Virus record (IMG/VR): IMGVR_UViG_3300025108_000005
Source: a virus
Reading direction: 5' to 3' (one strand)
Length of the DNA: 53,694 nt
Shown here piece after piece: positions 1-10,695 of the stretch (position 1 is its first letter; each line of letters opens with the position of its first letter). The notes beneath the pieces were generated by a model that saw nothing but the letters and a program-made list of their open reading frames with translations, was not told the DNA's origin and did not search any database. Position numbers and translations under genes: made by a program.

Positions 1-24
1 GCCCCTGCTTCGCTAAAATTATAA
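1..24. repeat. Terminal overlap: nt 1-24 identical to nt 53671-53694 (circular-assembly closure or terminal redundancy)
   Basis: gcccctgcttcgctaaaattataa is present at both window ends. Unit genome length is therefore 53,670 bp. Confidence 0.95.
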
Positions 25-436
25 CAATGGTTATTCCAAGCATAATTGTAACAATGACTGTGGAGCCGCCGTAAATAATAATGCGCTCAACAATCTTTGC
101 CTTACGCTTCCTCTCTGCTTCTGCCTTGGCCTTGCGATCTTTCCTTGCCTGAACCCTTATGGCTTGCAGTTCGCCCCAAGCAGAAAACCCTCTGGTGGCA
201 ATGACGATCTGGCGCAGTTCTTCTTCTGCGTCCTTGGCCCGTTGAAGATTCACAAACGTCTCCATTGCGTTCTCATCCGAGCCGGAAAACAAACTGTTCT
301 TCTTTTTCTCATGCGCGGCGCGTAGCTCATCAACCCCGTCGAAAAACTCCCCGATCTGCTTGGTGACGTTTACAATTTCCTTGCCCGCAGACACCGCTGA
401 CTTCACCGCCGCAAACGCTGTAAACGGATCTATCAT
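1..436 (-). CDS. Hypothetical coiled-coil protein with C-terminal transmembrane helix; ORF crosses the window junction (continues 53670->53663, about 147 aa)
   Basis: ATG at 434-436. I read every codon of this frame down to nt 2 and found no stop. Joined through the overlap, it ends ...ILAKQGRI-TGA at 53663-53665, overlapping (TGATG) the next start. It is absent from the ORF track because it has no in-window stop. The C-terminus GGSTVIVTIMLGITIVIILAK is hydrophobic. Confidence 0.7.
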   Translation of the reverse strand, partial: MIDPFTAFAAVKSAVSAGKEIVNVTKQIGEFFDGVDELRAAHEKKKNSLFSGSDENAMETFVNLQRAKDAEEELRQIVIATRGFSAWGELQAIRVQARKDRKAKAEAERKRKAKIVERIIIYGGSTVIVTIMLGITIVIILAKQG

Positions 437-606
437 GTGTCTTTTCCCACAATGACATAAGCCCAGCACTGAGCATCAGGATGTACGCGGTATGTTTTTG
501 GATAGTGGTAATAAAATGAAGGGCGCGGACAGCGATACCCGCAAGCCTTATACATAATTCCAAAGGGATACATTCCAAAGGCAATAGATGTGAGGGCGCA
601 AATCAT
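433..606 (-). CDS. Possible 57-aa small hydrophobic, Cys/Tyr-rich protein (MICALTSIAFGMYPFGIMYKACGY...)
   Basis: ATG at 604-606 and TGA at 433-435, forming an ATGA overlap with the start of the junction-spanning gene. It is below the 60-aa cut-off of the track. The composition is odd, so this may be non-coding. Confidence 0.3.
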   Translation of the reverse strand: MICALTSIAFGMYPFGIMYKACGYRCPRPSFYYHYPKTYRVHPDAQCWAYVIVGKDT

Positions 607-613
607 GGCTCAA

Positions 614-619
614 TTATAT
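614..619 (-). promoter_or_regulatory. Perfect TATAAT -10 hexamer (minus strand), 7 nt upstream of the ATG at 606
   Basis: Minus strand reads gtgaTATAATtgagccATG. There is no good -35 (TTTAGC at 17 nt). Confidence 0.3.
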
Positions 620-671
620 CACATTTTATCTGCAAGCTAAAAAGTTTTACGTGGCTAACAGATCCAATGTC

Positions 672-908
672 CTATGTCTTGCCAGATATAGCCTCTGGCG
701 CAGTTATAGAAATACGAACACCTTTTGCCTCAGAGCCTGTCCAGTTATTGCCACATTTTGGGCAATTACCGTCAGGATAAGACGCCACCTCTGCTGGAGT
801 ATCTACTATGTTGTCGCAAGACTCATGCGCACAAACAATTGTATCAACACTGGTGGACGGTCGCCACTTCGACCCATCGCCTAACACAATAATTGTTTCA
901 TCACTCAT
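672..908 (-). CDS. Small Cys4 zinc-ribbon-like protein
   Basis: 78-aa ORF with an ATGA overlap to the upstream gene. Cys pairs: CAHESC...CPKC. Confidence 0.7.
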   Translation of the reverse strand: MSDETIIVLGDGSKWRPSTSVDTIVCAHESCDNIVDTPAEVASYPDGNCPKCGNNWTGSEAKGVRISITAPEAISGKT

Positions 909-1201
909 GTCGTTATCACCGTAACCGTTCCTACCGCCCCAGTGCCTGAAGACCCACGAACATGCGGTGTGTTTCCTAACGCAATCTTAACAAAACCTTC
1001 TTGCTGAAACAATGCTCCTGTTTCTAGCCCATAGTCATCGGTCTGTAGTTCTGTCAAAACCATAAAAGTATTTCGTCCCTCACCGGGATTTCTCTGTTGC
1101 TCTAAAAAAACTGAAAAGGAACGAACCACTTCCGCGAAATAGGCTCTGTCATAACTGTCTGGAGGGATTGGAAAGAACGGTACAGGAATGTTTCTAGACA
1201 T
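905..1201 (-). CDS. Hypothetical virion-module protein
   Basis: 98-aa ORF, overlap-coupled at both ends. The C-terminal GTGAVGTVTV motif is shared with neighbouring fibre-like proteins. Confidence 0.8.
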   Translation of the reverse strand: MSRNIPVPFFPIPPDSYDRAYFAEVVRSFSVFLEQQRNPGEGRNTFMVLTELQTDDYGLETGALFQQEGFVKIALGNTPHVRGSSGTGAVGTVTVITT

Positions 1202-3141
1202 TATCGCCTACCATCAGGCTTTACGTCCAACCTATTACTTCCAATTCTCCAGTCCACGCCCAAATCATCAGATGTGAACTTCAATCTCATCTGTCGCCCA
1301 CGCATTCTATAATAAAGCTGTTCTGTTTTTTCACTAGAACTAGCTGTAACTGTATCAACAAACGTCTGTGTGCTGGATTGAAGGTATTCTCCATTCGGAG
1401 CATTACGCACTTTTAACTCTATATTTATAGATGGCAAAGATGCAGTTGACTCCTTAAAAGAAACATCTGGTATCATTCTATTTATAAAAGAAAATTGTTC
1501 GCCATCTCCAATGTCTAGGGGGCTTGAGTCAATAAACGACACGATTGCAGATGCTGGATTAGTTGTACCGTCGTCAAATCCAGTCTCGTGCGCATAAAGA
1601 TATCCGTCAGTATGAGCAGCAATAGGGAACGAGAAGATGCCACGGTCAATCCAAGCAGTACGAGCGAAACTGCCATAATACCAAGACTGCTCTGCATAGT
1701 TGTAGACCACGTAATTATCTAATTGATCACTATTACCTCGCGGATAAAACCACCAAATTTCAGAGTGTTCAGCGTTCAGACCAGCAACAGATTTTGCTTG
1801 TTGAAAAGTATTTATATTATCAAAAATAAAATCACGCACCGTACAGGGAAGTTGTCTAACTGCACCGTCATAGACATAAAATTCAGATACACCCATCCAA
1901 AAAACAGCATCCCCCACAGCAACTGCGGCTTTAGGCCCAGCAATAGTAATGTTCTCTGATATAGCTGATATACCAAACGTGAACGGCGCTCCTAAAAACT
2001 GCATGACATACAGTGTGGTATCTGTAAATACAGCAATCTGTTGGCGCGTTTCTACTGCTAATACTATTTCTGACCCAGAGCCAAGACGCAATTCACCCGC
2101 AGTGTTATCAGTCCTAGTTTCCCAATCTGTAAAAGATTCTTGACTTGAGAATCTTATAGTTAATGCATCCTGAGTTCCGGGGGTTGACTCGCTATCACAT
2201 CCAAACGCTATAATATGTCGATCACGATCTGAAACCATTATTTGCTTCGCTACCTGCGGAGCCTTCGTTGCACCTCCCAAATCAGTAATGTTCACTGCCC
2301 TAGTGGTTAAACCATTGGTAGCATCCCAATAATATATTCCGCCATCTCGAACATTAATAATTAAATCTTCACCAAAGTTGTCTTGGGACCATAACCGCAA
2401 CGTATTTGATACAATCTCGTCTGTTGAAGCAGAACCCCAAGTGTCACGACTCCAAGTACCTGCGCCCCAACCTGCCCCAGATACATTTAAATTCAAACCT
2501 GAATTAACTTGGTATTTACCTACAACTGATGACCCGCCATTTCCAGTGTCAGAAGAGTTTGCATTAACTTCTGTAGGGTTAAGCTGCCCGTCTTCTGTGA
2601 TATCAGAGATGCTTGTACCTGCGGATCGTGCCGTGATAGTGTATGTGTTGGCTCCTGTAACTGATGTAATTTGATATTCTTGGTTCAATACGTCCGCTGT
2701 GATATTGCCACCCAAACTTGCTGAACCAGAGAACGTGACGAAATCGTTCTGAACCGCGCCATGATTTGTGTCGGTGATAGTTATTTCAGACGACCCATTT
2801 GTTGCAGCAAAGGTTATCTCCCCCGCTGATGTTGTGGATCTAAGAGGAGTGATGTCGTTAAACGCGCCACCTTCATCTATGTAAAACTTTAAATTAGTTC
2901 CAACACCCAGAAGCTGATCCCGTGCTAAAGTGACCCACGGGTGCAGTGATCGACATGATCCTAAAAAAGATTGGTTGGATATCTTTTGCCAACCACCAAT
3001 CTTTTCTGGAAATCCTTTTTGGAATCGAACATTATCAATGTCGAACCACCCACCCTCGTTAGAGTAATCGGTAATGTCCCTGATTACACCGGGGCGAAAT
3101 TGTAACTTAGACAGTGGCATTGGGTCACGAAATTTCCTCAT
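1201..3141 (-). CDS. Large virion structural protein (tail/nozzle candidate)
   Basis: 646-aa ORF in the late operon downstream of the fibre genes. No motif recognised. Confidence 0.85.
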   Translation of the reverse strand: MRKFRDPMPLSKLQFRPGVIRDITDYSNEGGWFDIDNVRFQKGFPEKIGGWQKISNQSFLGSCRSLHPWVTLARDQLLGVGTNLKFYIDEGGAFNDITPLRSTTSAGEITFAATNGSSEITITDTNHGAVQNDFVTFSGSASLGGNITADVLNQEYQITSVTGANTYTITARSAGTSISDITEDGQLNPTEVNANSSDTGNGGSSVVGKYQVNSGLNLNVSGAGWGAGTWSRDTWGSASTDEIVSNTLRLWSQDNFGEDLIINVRDGGIYYWDATNGLTTRAVNITDLGGATKAPQVAKQIMVSDRDRHIIAFGCDSESTPGTQDALTIRFSSQESFTDWETRTDNTAGELRLGSGSEIVLAVETRQQIAVFTDTTLYVMQFLGAPFTFGISAISENITIAGPKAAVAVGDAVFWMGVSEFYVYDGAVRQLPCTVRDFIFDNINTFQQAKSVAGLNAEHSEIWWFYPRGNSDQLDNYVVYNYAEQSWYYGSFARTAWIDRGIFSFPIAAHTDGYLYAHETGFDDGTTNPASAIVSFIDSSPLDIGDGEQFSFINRMIPDVSFKESTASLPSINIELKVRNAPNGEYLQSSTQTFVDTVTASSSEKTEQLYYRMRGRQMRLKFTSDDLGVDWRIGSNRLDVKPDGRR

Positions 3142-3514
3142 AGGTTACAATGACAGATAGATCATTTGCATTACTAGCGGTGACTCCTAGAGATGTGTCT
3201 TCTTCTAAATACACAGGAGTATCTCTAGTGATAATGTCTAGGTTTGTATTTGCCGCGACTGCTTTCAACTGGATCAACATTGTCTGCGTTCCACTAGCTG
3301 AACCGCCTGCTGCGTTAGCTTGATTAAACAAACCAGCAGTAGCATTAACGCTGTCACTACCGTCTATGTTTACAACACGTAAAAGCAAAACACGTAAAAC
3401 TTTTCCCGAGCTAGAAGCATTGTTTAATACCGAAGTTGCCGAGGTTGTGCTTAAACTAAACGTATCTGTTTTAAGCGTTAATGTTCCAATATTTACGACG
3501 TTGGGCGCTGACAT
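3125..3514 (-). CDS. Hypothetical structural protein
   Basis: 129-aa ORF with SD GGAGG upstream of the ATG. Ser/Thr/Asn-rich. Confidence 0.8.
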   Translation of the reverse strand: MSAPNVVNIGTLTLKTDTFSLSTTSATSVLNNASSSGKVLRVLLLRVVNIDGSDSVNATAGLFNQANAAGGSASGTQTMLIQLKAVAANTNLDIITRDTPVYLEEDTSLGVTASNANDLSVIVTYEEIS

Positions 3515-3523
3515 AGCAACCTC

Positions 3524-4249
3524 CTAATTCATTATGATGTCAAACGCGATAGCTTTGCCAACTGTTGCGGCACTGCTAAAGCTGAGAGTTGCGGACCCAT
3601 TTGTAGTCAATACTTGACTAGCTGATCCATCTGACGAGGGCAATGTAAACGTATCTGCAAAGTCTTTTAAGTTTTGGTCATATGGCTGCACATCTCCAGA
3701 TCCACCACTACCAATCGCGAGTCCAAGATTAGTTCTTGCCGTGGATGCATCTGATGCACCCGTGCCACCGTCCGCAACAGCAAGATCTGTGATCCCAGCA
3801 ACAGTGCCCCCTGTGATATTAACACTGCTCATGGATAAATCGTTCGTCAAATCGCTAACGGATGCCCCCGATCCTGCACCATCACAGTAGATAATCTTAC
3901 TATCGCCGTTTCCCACTGTAACATTACTGCCAGACCCTTGCGTGAAGATAGCGTCTTGTCCGCTGTCATTTTGCACAAAGTACAAGTGATCGCCGTCATT
4001 CGGAGAAACAGTGATTGTATTAGTGCCAGAAGGTGATCCTGTAAGAACTAAAACCTTAAACATACCCTCAGACAGTGTTCCGTCTGTTGTTGTAAGAGTG
4101 TGGGTAGTGCCTGACAATGAAATAGAACCAACGCCGTTAACCAAACGCGTAATAATGTCAAAATTAGTGTTTGTGGTGGTGCCCCATGTACCTGACTGTT
4201 CGCCTGTTGCGATCTTTTCGATACCACTACCTGTGTACGAACTGGGCAT
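3524..4249 (-). CDS. Tail-fibre-like protein
   Basis: 241 aa. Contains GGTGASDASTARTNLGL, the GGTGA..AR.NLGL motif common in phage tail fibres. Confidence 0.8.
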   Translation of the reverse strand: MPSSYTGSGIEKIATGEQSGTWGTTTNTNFDIITRLVNGVGSISLSGTTHTLTTTDGTLSEGMFKVLVLTGSPSGTNTITVSPNDGDHLYFVQNDSGQDAIFTQGSGSNVTVGNGDSKIIYCDGAGSGASVSDLTNDLSMSSVNITGGTVAGITDLAVADGGTGASDASTARTNLGLAIGSGGSGDVQPYDQNLKDFADTFTLPSSDGSASQVLTTNGSATLSFSSAATVGKAIAFDIIMN

Positions 4250-4257
4250 ATCTTATC

Positions 4258-4833
4258 CTACGCTGCTATAATTTCTGTCCAAACAGTGTTTGTCTCTGGG
4301 ATTATTCTTCCCCAAACTAGCACAGTTCCTACACTCGCGCTAGAGGATACTCCCGTTAATGTAATCGTAGCATTTCCCGATACGGTAACAGAACCAACTC
4401 CAACCGTAGCAGCAAATGAAGGAACAGGAAGACTCGCAGAAGTTTTTTGCGTAACAGCACCACCAGAACCCGTAGCACTTACGCCTGTAGTAGTAATACT
4501 CGCCTCACCAGATACCGTAACGGAGCCTCCAGAGCCAGTCCCTTCAAGGCCCGTTGGCTGCACATCAATGCCCGTGCCGACACTAACCGTAACAGATCCA
4601 CTTGATCCCGCCCCCTCAACTCCAGAAACAATAGCTGCAGTGCCGCCGCCAACTGCTACAACCACCCCTCCAACAGACGCAACCGCAGACAAGCCCGTTG
4701 AATTTAAGCTCTGGTCCGTAACTAAAGATACTGTCCCTACGCCCCCCGTGCCTGCAACTCCCGTAACATTCGATCTTGTTATAATCAAAATGTCAGCTAA
4801 TGGTGCTGCGGCTAATGGGCTAAACCCCAGCAT
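4258..4833 (-). CDS. Gly/Val/Thr/Ser-repeat fibre-associated protein
   Basis: 191 aa with reiterated G(S/A)VGTV(S/T)V / GSGGSVTVSG units. TAATG coupling to the upstream gene. Confidence 0.75.
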   Translation of the reverse strand: MLGFSPLAAAPLADILIITRSNVTGVAGTGGVGTVSLVTDQSLNSTGLSAVASVGGVVVAVGGGTAAIVSGVEGAGSSGSVTVSVGTGIDVQPTGLEGTGSGGSVTVSGEASITTTGVSATGSGGAVTQKTSASLPVPSFAATVGVGSVTVSGNATITLTGVSSSASVGTVLVWGRIIPETNTVWTEIIAA

Positions 4834-7800
4834 TAGATAACCCTAACTTTGAGGTTCTGCGTTGCAAGGGATGTAATCCTTACCTTGTTTGCGGCAGGAA
4901 AATCATAGTTGTAGTCAGTGCCTAAAATGGCTCCTTGATTAAGTGTAGCTGCATCGTAGTTGATACTAACACCATCTGACGAAGGCACATCTAATGAGGC
5001 AGACCCTAAGTATAAGCCAATCATCAAATCTAAGCTATCACCTAACGTATAATGATTTGGGTCTGTAACAGCCTCTAGCTGGGCCTTGTCCATGCGGTTA
5101 AAAGAAACATTGGTCAGTGCCTGTTGCAGTGCAGCTAGTTCAGTATTGGTTGTAGCTGAAGTCCACGTTGTTGATGTTGTGAACGATTGTGTGCCTATGT
5201 TGTATTCGCTTACATCGTTGCCCTGTTCCCCAAGAAGAACCATTTTACTTCCATCAGGTTTAAAAGAAAGGGCTTTTGGATAAAGTTCTTGGGAAGAAAA
5301 ATCAAAGCGTTGCGTATAAGAGGCTGTTGAGATATCCCAAGCAGTGCTTAACGTATATTCGTTTATAAACCTCTGGTTTTCCCCAGCAAAGTACATTTTA
5401 AGGCCATCGTCCTTAAAGAAAAGACCGACAGGGGTGTTGTCTTGACCTGCGCCTGACCCGCCAACACTTTTGTTTTGAACGTATGTAAGTGTTGATATGT
5501 CCCAAGCAGTGCTTAACGTATATTCGTTTATGTCATTCCCAGCGTTGCCTGTAAGATACATTTTAAGGCCGTCAGCCCTAAAAAATAGGCCGCTAGGACT
5601 TGTGTCTTGACCACTGATAGATTCGTTTTGGCTGTAGACTGCGGTAGAAACATCCCAAGCTGTGCTTAAATTGTATTCGTTGACGTCATCCCCAGTACTA
5701 CCAAGAATATACATCTTAGTACCATCAGGCTTGAAGAAAATACCTGTCACAGCGGTATCTTGACCGCTTATATCTTTGCTGTTGTTACTATATACAGAAG
5801 TGCTTACATCCCAAGGCGCACCTAAATTGTACTCGTATATGGTTTGGTTAGAAACGCCACCTACATACATCTTAGTACCATCTGGCTTAAAAAACATACT
5901 CCTTACGGCAACATCTTGAGTTATAGCGTAGTTCGTACTATATACTGCGTCACTTACGCTCCAAGCGTTAGCAATATCAACAGCACTATTATACTGCCAT
6001 GTGCCGCTGTTATCCCGTACAATCGGACGTATACCGCTGCCATTTTTAATGACTGACCATGTGGTACGATCATCAGTGGATACAGCGTAATAAGCTGCAC
6101 CAGCACCAGCAATATCGTCGGTGGTCATACTGTTAATGTCAGTCCAATAAGTAGTGTCAATCTGACCGCCAGCGTTTGTAATCGCAGGGTAATATGCGCC
6201 AGACGCAACCAAAAGCTCGCCCACGTTGTATGAAATCACCGTAGAAGCAGTATTCGCGGCAACATAAAAGCGCGTACCAGAAGCATCCATATAAGAGTTA
6301 GAGGGGTATCTCGTCGCGCTGGGGGTGTTAATATTTAAAGTAGTTTCTAAACTTGCAGTTGTAACATCCCAAGCTGTTGACAAGCTAAATTGCGCTAAAT
6401 TGCTGTTGCTATAATTTCCCGTCCACATTTTTGTGCCAGAATAATCAAAAGAAATTCCTGTTGCGTTCGTGTGACCATTTGGTAAATCAAAATTACCCGC
6501 ACTTCCTGACCCGCTTGTAACATCCCACGGGGTACTTAAATTCCACACTTGCACACGACTTATAGTTGAGCCAACACTGTACATTTGCGTTCCATCTGTT
6601 TTGAACCAGACGCCGTAAGGATTGCTTTCACCATTATCATTAACTGAAATATTTCCAGCGTGGCTGACGCCTGTGCTTAAATCCCACGCGCTGCTTAAAT
6701 CCCACTGCTGAACTCTGTCTTGTGAGCGACCCGTATGATACATTCTTTTGCCATCTGGCCTAAAAAAAAGACCTGTAGGAGTTGATTCATAACTTCCAAC
6801 ATAAAATGAACTAAAGTTCCCGCGTGTCGTCATATCCCAAGCCGTTGAAAGGCTAGCATAATACACACTATCACCACCATTACTAATGTAAAAAAATACT
6901 TTTCCATCTGGCTTAAAGAAAATACCATCAGTGTTATTTAGGCCTGAACTAATACTATTATTACTTGTTGCGTAAGCTATGTCGTTAAGACCCGCTGAAT
7001 AATTTGATATTTCAAGGCCCGCAGTGGCATCCGCTGTTATTCCGCTCAATGACCAATTTCCTGATGCGTAGGAGTCAGATGCAAAAGCAGATTTTTCACG
7101 GTACTGCCCAGTAGATGCCGCAAGAACAGCCGCGCCCCCGTCTGTAGTTGAAACAGTTTTCCCAACATCTGATGCCGCGAAAGACCCTGATCCCAACTGC
7201 AATGTTTTTGCCAAATTATATTCTTGAACTAAGTCATTAGAAAAATTAGTGGTATAAAGTTTGCCAGCATTTTCATCAAAATACATGCCGGTTGCTAAGG
7301 AGCCAAAACCTGTTTTATTTAAATTTGCGCTCGTTAGGGTGCTGATGTCCCAAGCCGTTGACATGGTAAACTGGTGAATAATTCCAGAGCCAATAATTAA
7401 AGCAGTTTTCCCGTCATCAGTTATTTGAATAGCTTGTGCATTAAGCTCAACGTCACCTATGTAAATATTAGCTGTTTCCGAAGCCGTTGTGATATCCCAC
7501 GGCGTTGAAAGAGCGTATTCATATACTTTTTCATTTGAGTTTTCAACTCCATACATTCTTGTGCCATCTGGCTTAAATGAAAGCCCACCGAAATAAGACG
7601 CGCCGTTAAATGTTCCATTGGCGGTAACTGACGATAAATCCCAAGCCGTTGAAAGATCAAATTGCCTTACGTTGTTTGTGGTACAGTAAAAACGTGTTCC
7701 ATCAGGCTTAAATGTAAGGTCATAAAAGCTACCAATGTAACTTGAATTTTGAGAAAAAGTCGCATTTTGCAAACTAAATGGTGGTGATAAGTTAATTTTA

Positions 7801-8600
7801 CTTACGCGGTTTTGGCCTGTTCCAAGGTAAAAAAGCTGCGAACCATCTGGCTTTACATAAACTCCGCGTGGAGTATTTTCACCAGTATTTGTGTTTGTAT
7901 TCCAATTATATCCACTTCCGGTTAATGTTGTAACATTAAGACCAACAGACAAAGATGTGTTCGCCGCATCGTTTTTAACATCATAATTGTCACCGCTGGA
8001 AGCTACGTCCCATGCGCCTTTGCTACTTGCACCGCTCTGAGAAATTTCTTTAGTCGCGGAAACAATAGGCGTTGGCGTAATGCTGCTAGAAAGAGAAATG
8101 GTGCTGCTTTCACCAGAAACAAATGATTTTGTTAAAGTGCCTGCAACGCTTGGTGCCGCATCAAGTTGAGATTGAAGGCCATCAACGTTTGCAATTACAT
8201 GATTATGGCTGTCATCCACAACTGTCGCATTAATTGTGGCGTCACCCAAATCTGTCAGTGTCGCGCTGCCAGTGACATCACCCGAAAGCGTCACTGTCTG
8301 ATTGAAATCTTGCGCGGCAGGCGACAAGAAAACAACAGCAGAGCCAGACAGATTTAACGCTGATCCTGAATTGCTGCTTTCAGTCACAGTACGGCTAAGA
8401 GTAGTGCCAGAAGCCGTATATGTGCCTGTGCCGATTTCCCAGTTATTTGCGCCATCTTCTATGACGTACCTTACAGTGTCACCATTAGATATACCGCCGC
8501 CAGCGAAGGTTTGATAACCGTCCTCCGCTGACCCCAGCGTAATAATACCTGTACCAGTAGTCGCGGTTGAAACTTTAACGCGGTTTGCAAGCGTCACCAT
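4833..8600 (-). CDS. Large beta-propeller-repeat fibre / receptor-binding candidate (1255 aa)
   Basis: About 15 repeats of roughly 50-55 aa, each with ST(A/P)WD(I/V)(S/T) and FFKPDG(T/K)KMY signatures. Confidence 0.9.
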   Translation of the reverse strand: MVTLANRVKVSTATTGTGIITLGSAEDGYQTFAGGGISNGDTVRYVIEDGANNWEIGTGTYTASGTTLSRTVTESSNSGSALNLSGSAVVFLSPAAQDFNQTVTLSGDVTGSATLTDLGDATINATVVDDSHNHVIANVDGLQSQLDAAPSVAGTLTKSFVSGESSTISLSSSITPTPIVSATKEISQSGASSKGAWDVASSGDNYDVKNDAANTSLSVGLNVTTLTGSGYNWNTNTNTGENTPRGVYVKPDGSQLFYLGTGQNRVSKINLSPPFSLQNATFSQNSSYIGSFYDLTFKPDGTRFYCTTNNVRQFDLSTAWDLSSVTANGTFNGASYFGGLSFKPDGTRMYGVENSNEKVYEYALSTPWDITTASETANIYIGDVELNAQAIQITDDGKTALIIGSGIIHQFTMSTAWDISTLTSANLNKTGFGSLATGMYFDENAGKLYTTNFSNDLVQEYNLAKTLQLGSGSFAASDVGKTVSTTDGGAAVLAASTGQYREKSAFASDSYASGNWSLSGITADATAGLEISNYSAGLNDIAYATSNNSISSGLNNTDGIFFKPDGKVFFYISNGGDSVYYASLSTAWDMTTRGNFSSFYVGSYESTPTGLFFRPDGKRMYHTGRSQDRVQQWDLSSAWDLSTGVSHAGNISVNDNGESNPYGVWFKTDGTQMYSVGSTISRVQVWNLSTPWDVTSGSGSAGNFDLPNGHTNATGISFDYSGTKMWTGNYSNSNLAQFSLSTAWDVTTASLETTLNINTPSATRYPSNSYMDASGTRFYVAANTASTVISYNVGELLVASGAYYPAITNAGGQIDTTYWTDINSMTTDDIAGAGAAYYAVSTDDRTTWSVIKNGSGIRPIVRDNSGTWQYNSAVDIANAWSVSDAVYSTNYAITQDVAVRSMFFKPDGTKMYVGGVSNQTIYEYNLGAPWDVSTSVYSNNSKDISGQDTAVTGIFFKPDGTKMYILGSTGDDVNEYNLSTAWDVSTAVYSQNESISGQDTSPSGLFFRADGLKMYLTGNAGNDINEYTLSTAWDISTLTYVQNKSVGGSGAGQDNTPVGLFFKDDGLKMYFAGENQRFINEYTLSTAWDISTASYTQRFDFSSQELYPKALSFKPDGSKMVLLGEQGNDVSEYNIGTQSFTTSTTWTSATTNTELAALQQALTNVSFNRMDKAQLEAVTDPNHYTLGDSLDLMIGLYLGSASLDVPSSDGVSINYDAATLNQGAILGTDYNYDFPAANKVRITSLATQNLKVRVI
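5335..5700 (-). repeat. Intragenic DNA-level tandem repeats (about 165-bp period) in the propeller-repeat gene
   Basis: A 32-nt identical block, tcccaagcagtgcttaacgtatattcgtttat, occurs at 5335-5366 and 5500-5531. A diverged third copy lies near 5652. Confidence 0.85.
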
Positions 8601-8611
8601 ATCTTAGCCCT

Positions 8612-9049
8612 TTATGCGATACGGATGATTGCCGAAGAGCTATCCGCAGTTGGGAATACAATCTGGAAGTCACCAGATGTAGAAGATTTGTCTGAGCCAA
8701 AGTCCAGCACAACAACAGAAGGATCACCTGACGCGGTGTCGTTATAGATCAACGCACCACGCGCGGTGATTGTCGCAGACGTAAACGTTAAATCCGCAAA
8801 GTCAGTGAATGCTGTGGTGCTTGACGTTGTTGGGGTTACGTTTGTTAACGCACCACCACCCGCAGTGTACGTGCCAGAGTTACCCACTTCATTTGAGGCT
8901 GTGTAAGCAGTCGTCGCTGCCGTAAAAGCTGCACTATTGGTGTATAGTGCTAATTTAAAAGTGTTACCACTTGAGTTGGTAAAGTTGTGCGTACCCGTAA
9001 GCAACTCTTGCTTAAAAGAAGTACACATATAGTTTCCGCTGAAAGCCAT
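8612..9049 (-). CDS. Hypothetical structural protein
   Basis: 145-aa ORF with SD GGAGA. Confidence 0.85.
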   Translation of the reverse strand: MAFSGNYMCTSFKQELLTGTHNFTNSSGNTFKLALYTNSAAFTAATTAYTASNEVGNSGTYTAGGGALTNVTPTTSSTTAFTDFADLTFTSATITARGALIYNDTASGDPSVVVLDFGSDKSSTSGDFQIVFPTADSSSAIIRIA

Positions 9050-9050
9050 T

Positions 9051-9347
9051 TTAAAGTCTCCTTATAAGTTCAGCCAGTTCTGGGTGCCCTGCATCTTTGA
9101 GAGCATTATACACAGTCGTCCTATCGCTGTGAATAGCCTGTCGCATATAATATGCAACGAGCTTCTCTACGTGCTTGGAAAAAGCACGAGCTTGGTCCCT
9201 TATACCCGGATGGGCACTGTTAGAAACCGAAATTATTTTAGAAACACATTGCTCTGCCAACTCATCAGGGTTGAACCCACGATTCTTCGTGGTTCTTACT
9301 CCAACGATTGACTCATCCTGTGGTACATCTATTTTAAATTCAAACAT
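9051..9347 (-). CDS. Hypothetical protein
   Basis: 98-aa ORF, tightly packed in the late operon. Confidence 0.8.
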   Translation of the reverse strand: MFEFKIDVPQDESIVGVRTTKNRGFNPDELAEQCVSKIISVSNSAHPGIRDQARAFSKHVEKLVAYYMRQAIHSDRTTVYNALKDAGHPELAELIRRL

Positions 9348-9997
9348 TATTGTTTCGCCCTTACAACTTTACCCGTGCGGTATTCGTCTGTTGTTTCTTT
9401 AGCCTCCCCAAGCATTTTTAATCCAGACAAAGACTCATTAAATCTTTTGTCATAGTAGGATAGAAGGTCTTGTTCACCTTTCATAAAAATATATGCTTCT
9501 ATCAGAGATCCGTACAAAAGCGTCAACTCTGCGTTCTCACTTAACCAAGTTGTACTGTCATCTGCACCTGCCGTAATACTTTCCGGCCTATAAAAATAAT
9601 GCAGTTCCGCAGTGTAATTAGTTTCTGGAGTAGGAGACAACATAAAGTTTTTATAATCAAAAACTCCATAGTATCGTGGCGATCCCGTTGTGGTTGAATC
9701 AGGATTGTATTCCTGCAAAAAACTAGGGTCTTTAAAATCTAAAAAGAATCTATCGCCATTTGCTCCAGCTAAACTTAAAGAAAAAGGAGCCAAGAAGTCA
9801 GTGGGCATTGATAAATATTGATTAAGCGCCGCAAGCGTTGCACTCGCGTTTTTCCTAAACAGACTTAATTGAACAGTCTTTAGAATTCGCTCTTCTGAAG
9901 CACGAATAAACAAAGGTATATTCGTTACAAAAGTAGATTCTTTATATTCAGTGTAATCTTGAATTGCTTGTTTAAGCTGTGCGTATGTAAAACTCAT
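9347..9997 (-). CDS. Hypothetical virion protein
   Basis: 216-aa ORF, overlap-coupled at both ends. Confidence 0.85.
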   Translation of the reverse strand: MSFTYAQLKQAIQDYTEYKESTFVTNIPLFIRASEERILKTVQLSLFRKNASATLAALNQYLSMPTDFLAPFSLSLAGANGDRFFLDFKDPSFLQEYNPDSTTTGSPRYYGVFDYKNFMLSPTPETNYTAELHYFYRPESITAGADDSTTWLSENAELTLLYGSLIEAYIFMKGEQDLLSYYDKRFNESLSGLKMLGEAKETTDEYRTGKVVRAKQ

Positions 9998-10695
9998 GGC
10001 GTGTTCGCTTGCCCTCCCATGCCGCTGTGGTTGGTGCAGTAATAATACAGTGTAGGCGCTCCAGAAGCTACGGTTATCTGCGTATAAGCTCCAGAACTAC
10101 CCGGTGTTCCATTTGTTGTAACACCTGATGTGTATTCAGAACCACCTCCATGCGACCCATCAGAAGTAGTCGAAAGCCTCAAGGGGTGTCCAGAATTGCT
10201 ATTATTAGACTGGTCAAATCTATAAGTTTCCCCTTCATTTATAGTGACTGTAGCTTGCTCGACCCCATTGATATAATATTTATTACCATAACCAGAATTT
10301 GCTACCGTAACTGTAAAAGTATTAATTCCAAGGGCGGAAGCAGAACCAACTGATCCAGTTCCTGCGGCACCTGTAACAACTATTGCACCAGAATCTATTG
10401 TCACGACAGAAACGAAGCCAACTTGCCCTACAGCTATTAAATTAGGGCCACGAAACGGAAAACCACCACCACCGACATCAACCCTCAAAGGTTCTTTACG
10501 ATCAGGTCTAGGGTTTCTTATTGCCTGTGGATCTGGGGGAACTCGTAAAGGCTCTAGTTGCGGATGTTTTTCTTCCCATTCATCTTTACCAACAAGAAGG
10601 CCATTCCACTCTTTACGCATGTCCTTTAACCGATATCTGAAACCAGATCGGTCTGAAATGCCGTAGGCCCATTTACCTGTTGCAAATTTAGACAA
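9994..10695 (-). CDS. Hypothetical virion protein with C-terminal Cys/His-containing beta-rich domain
   Basis: 233-aa ORF with a TTG start preceded by AGGA. C-terminus reads ...GHPLRLS...LYYYCTNHSGMGG. Confidence 0.8.
   Translation of the reverse strand: MSKFATGKWAYGISDRSGFRYRLKDMRKEWNGLLVGKDEWEEKHPQLEPLRVPPDPQAIRNPRPDRKEPLRVDVGGGGFPFRGPNLIAVGQVGFVSVVTIDSGAIVVTGAAGTGSVGSASALGINTFTVTVANSGYGNKYYINGVEQATVTINEGETYRFDQSNNSNSGHPLRLSTTSDGSHGGGSEYTSGVTTNGTPGSSGAYTQITVASGAPTLYYYCTNHSGMGGQANTP

Noticed and set aside
330-584. 84-aa minus-strand ORF
   Set aside because: It has a TTG start, and its 3' third overlaps the better-supported junction-spanning gene in another frame.
651-884. 77-aa plus-strand ORF
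   Set aside because: It is antisense to the coupled zinc-ribbon gene 672..908 and has a GTG start with no SD.
4286-4840. 184-aa plus-strand ORF fully antisense to 4258..4833
   Set aside because: It is a mirror image of the GTN/GGN-rich repeat codons, giving a P/T/V-rich product. It has no SD, sits inside a uniformly minus-strand operon, and the sense ORF is overlap-coupled to its neighbours.
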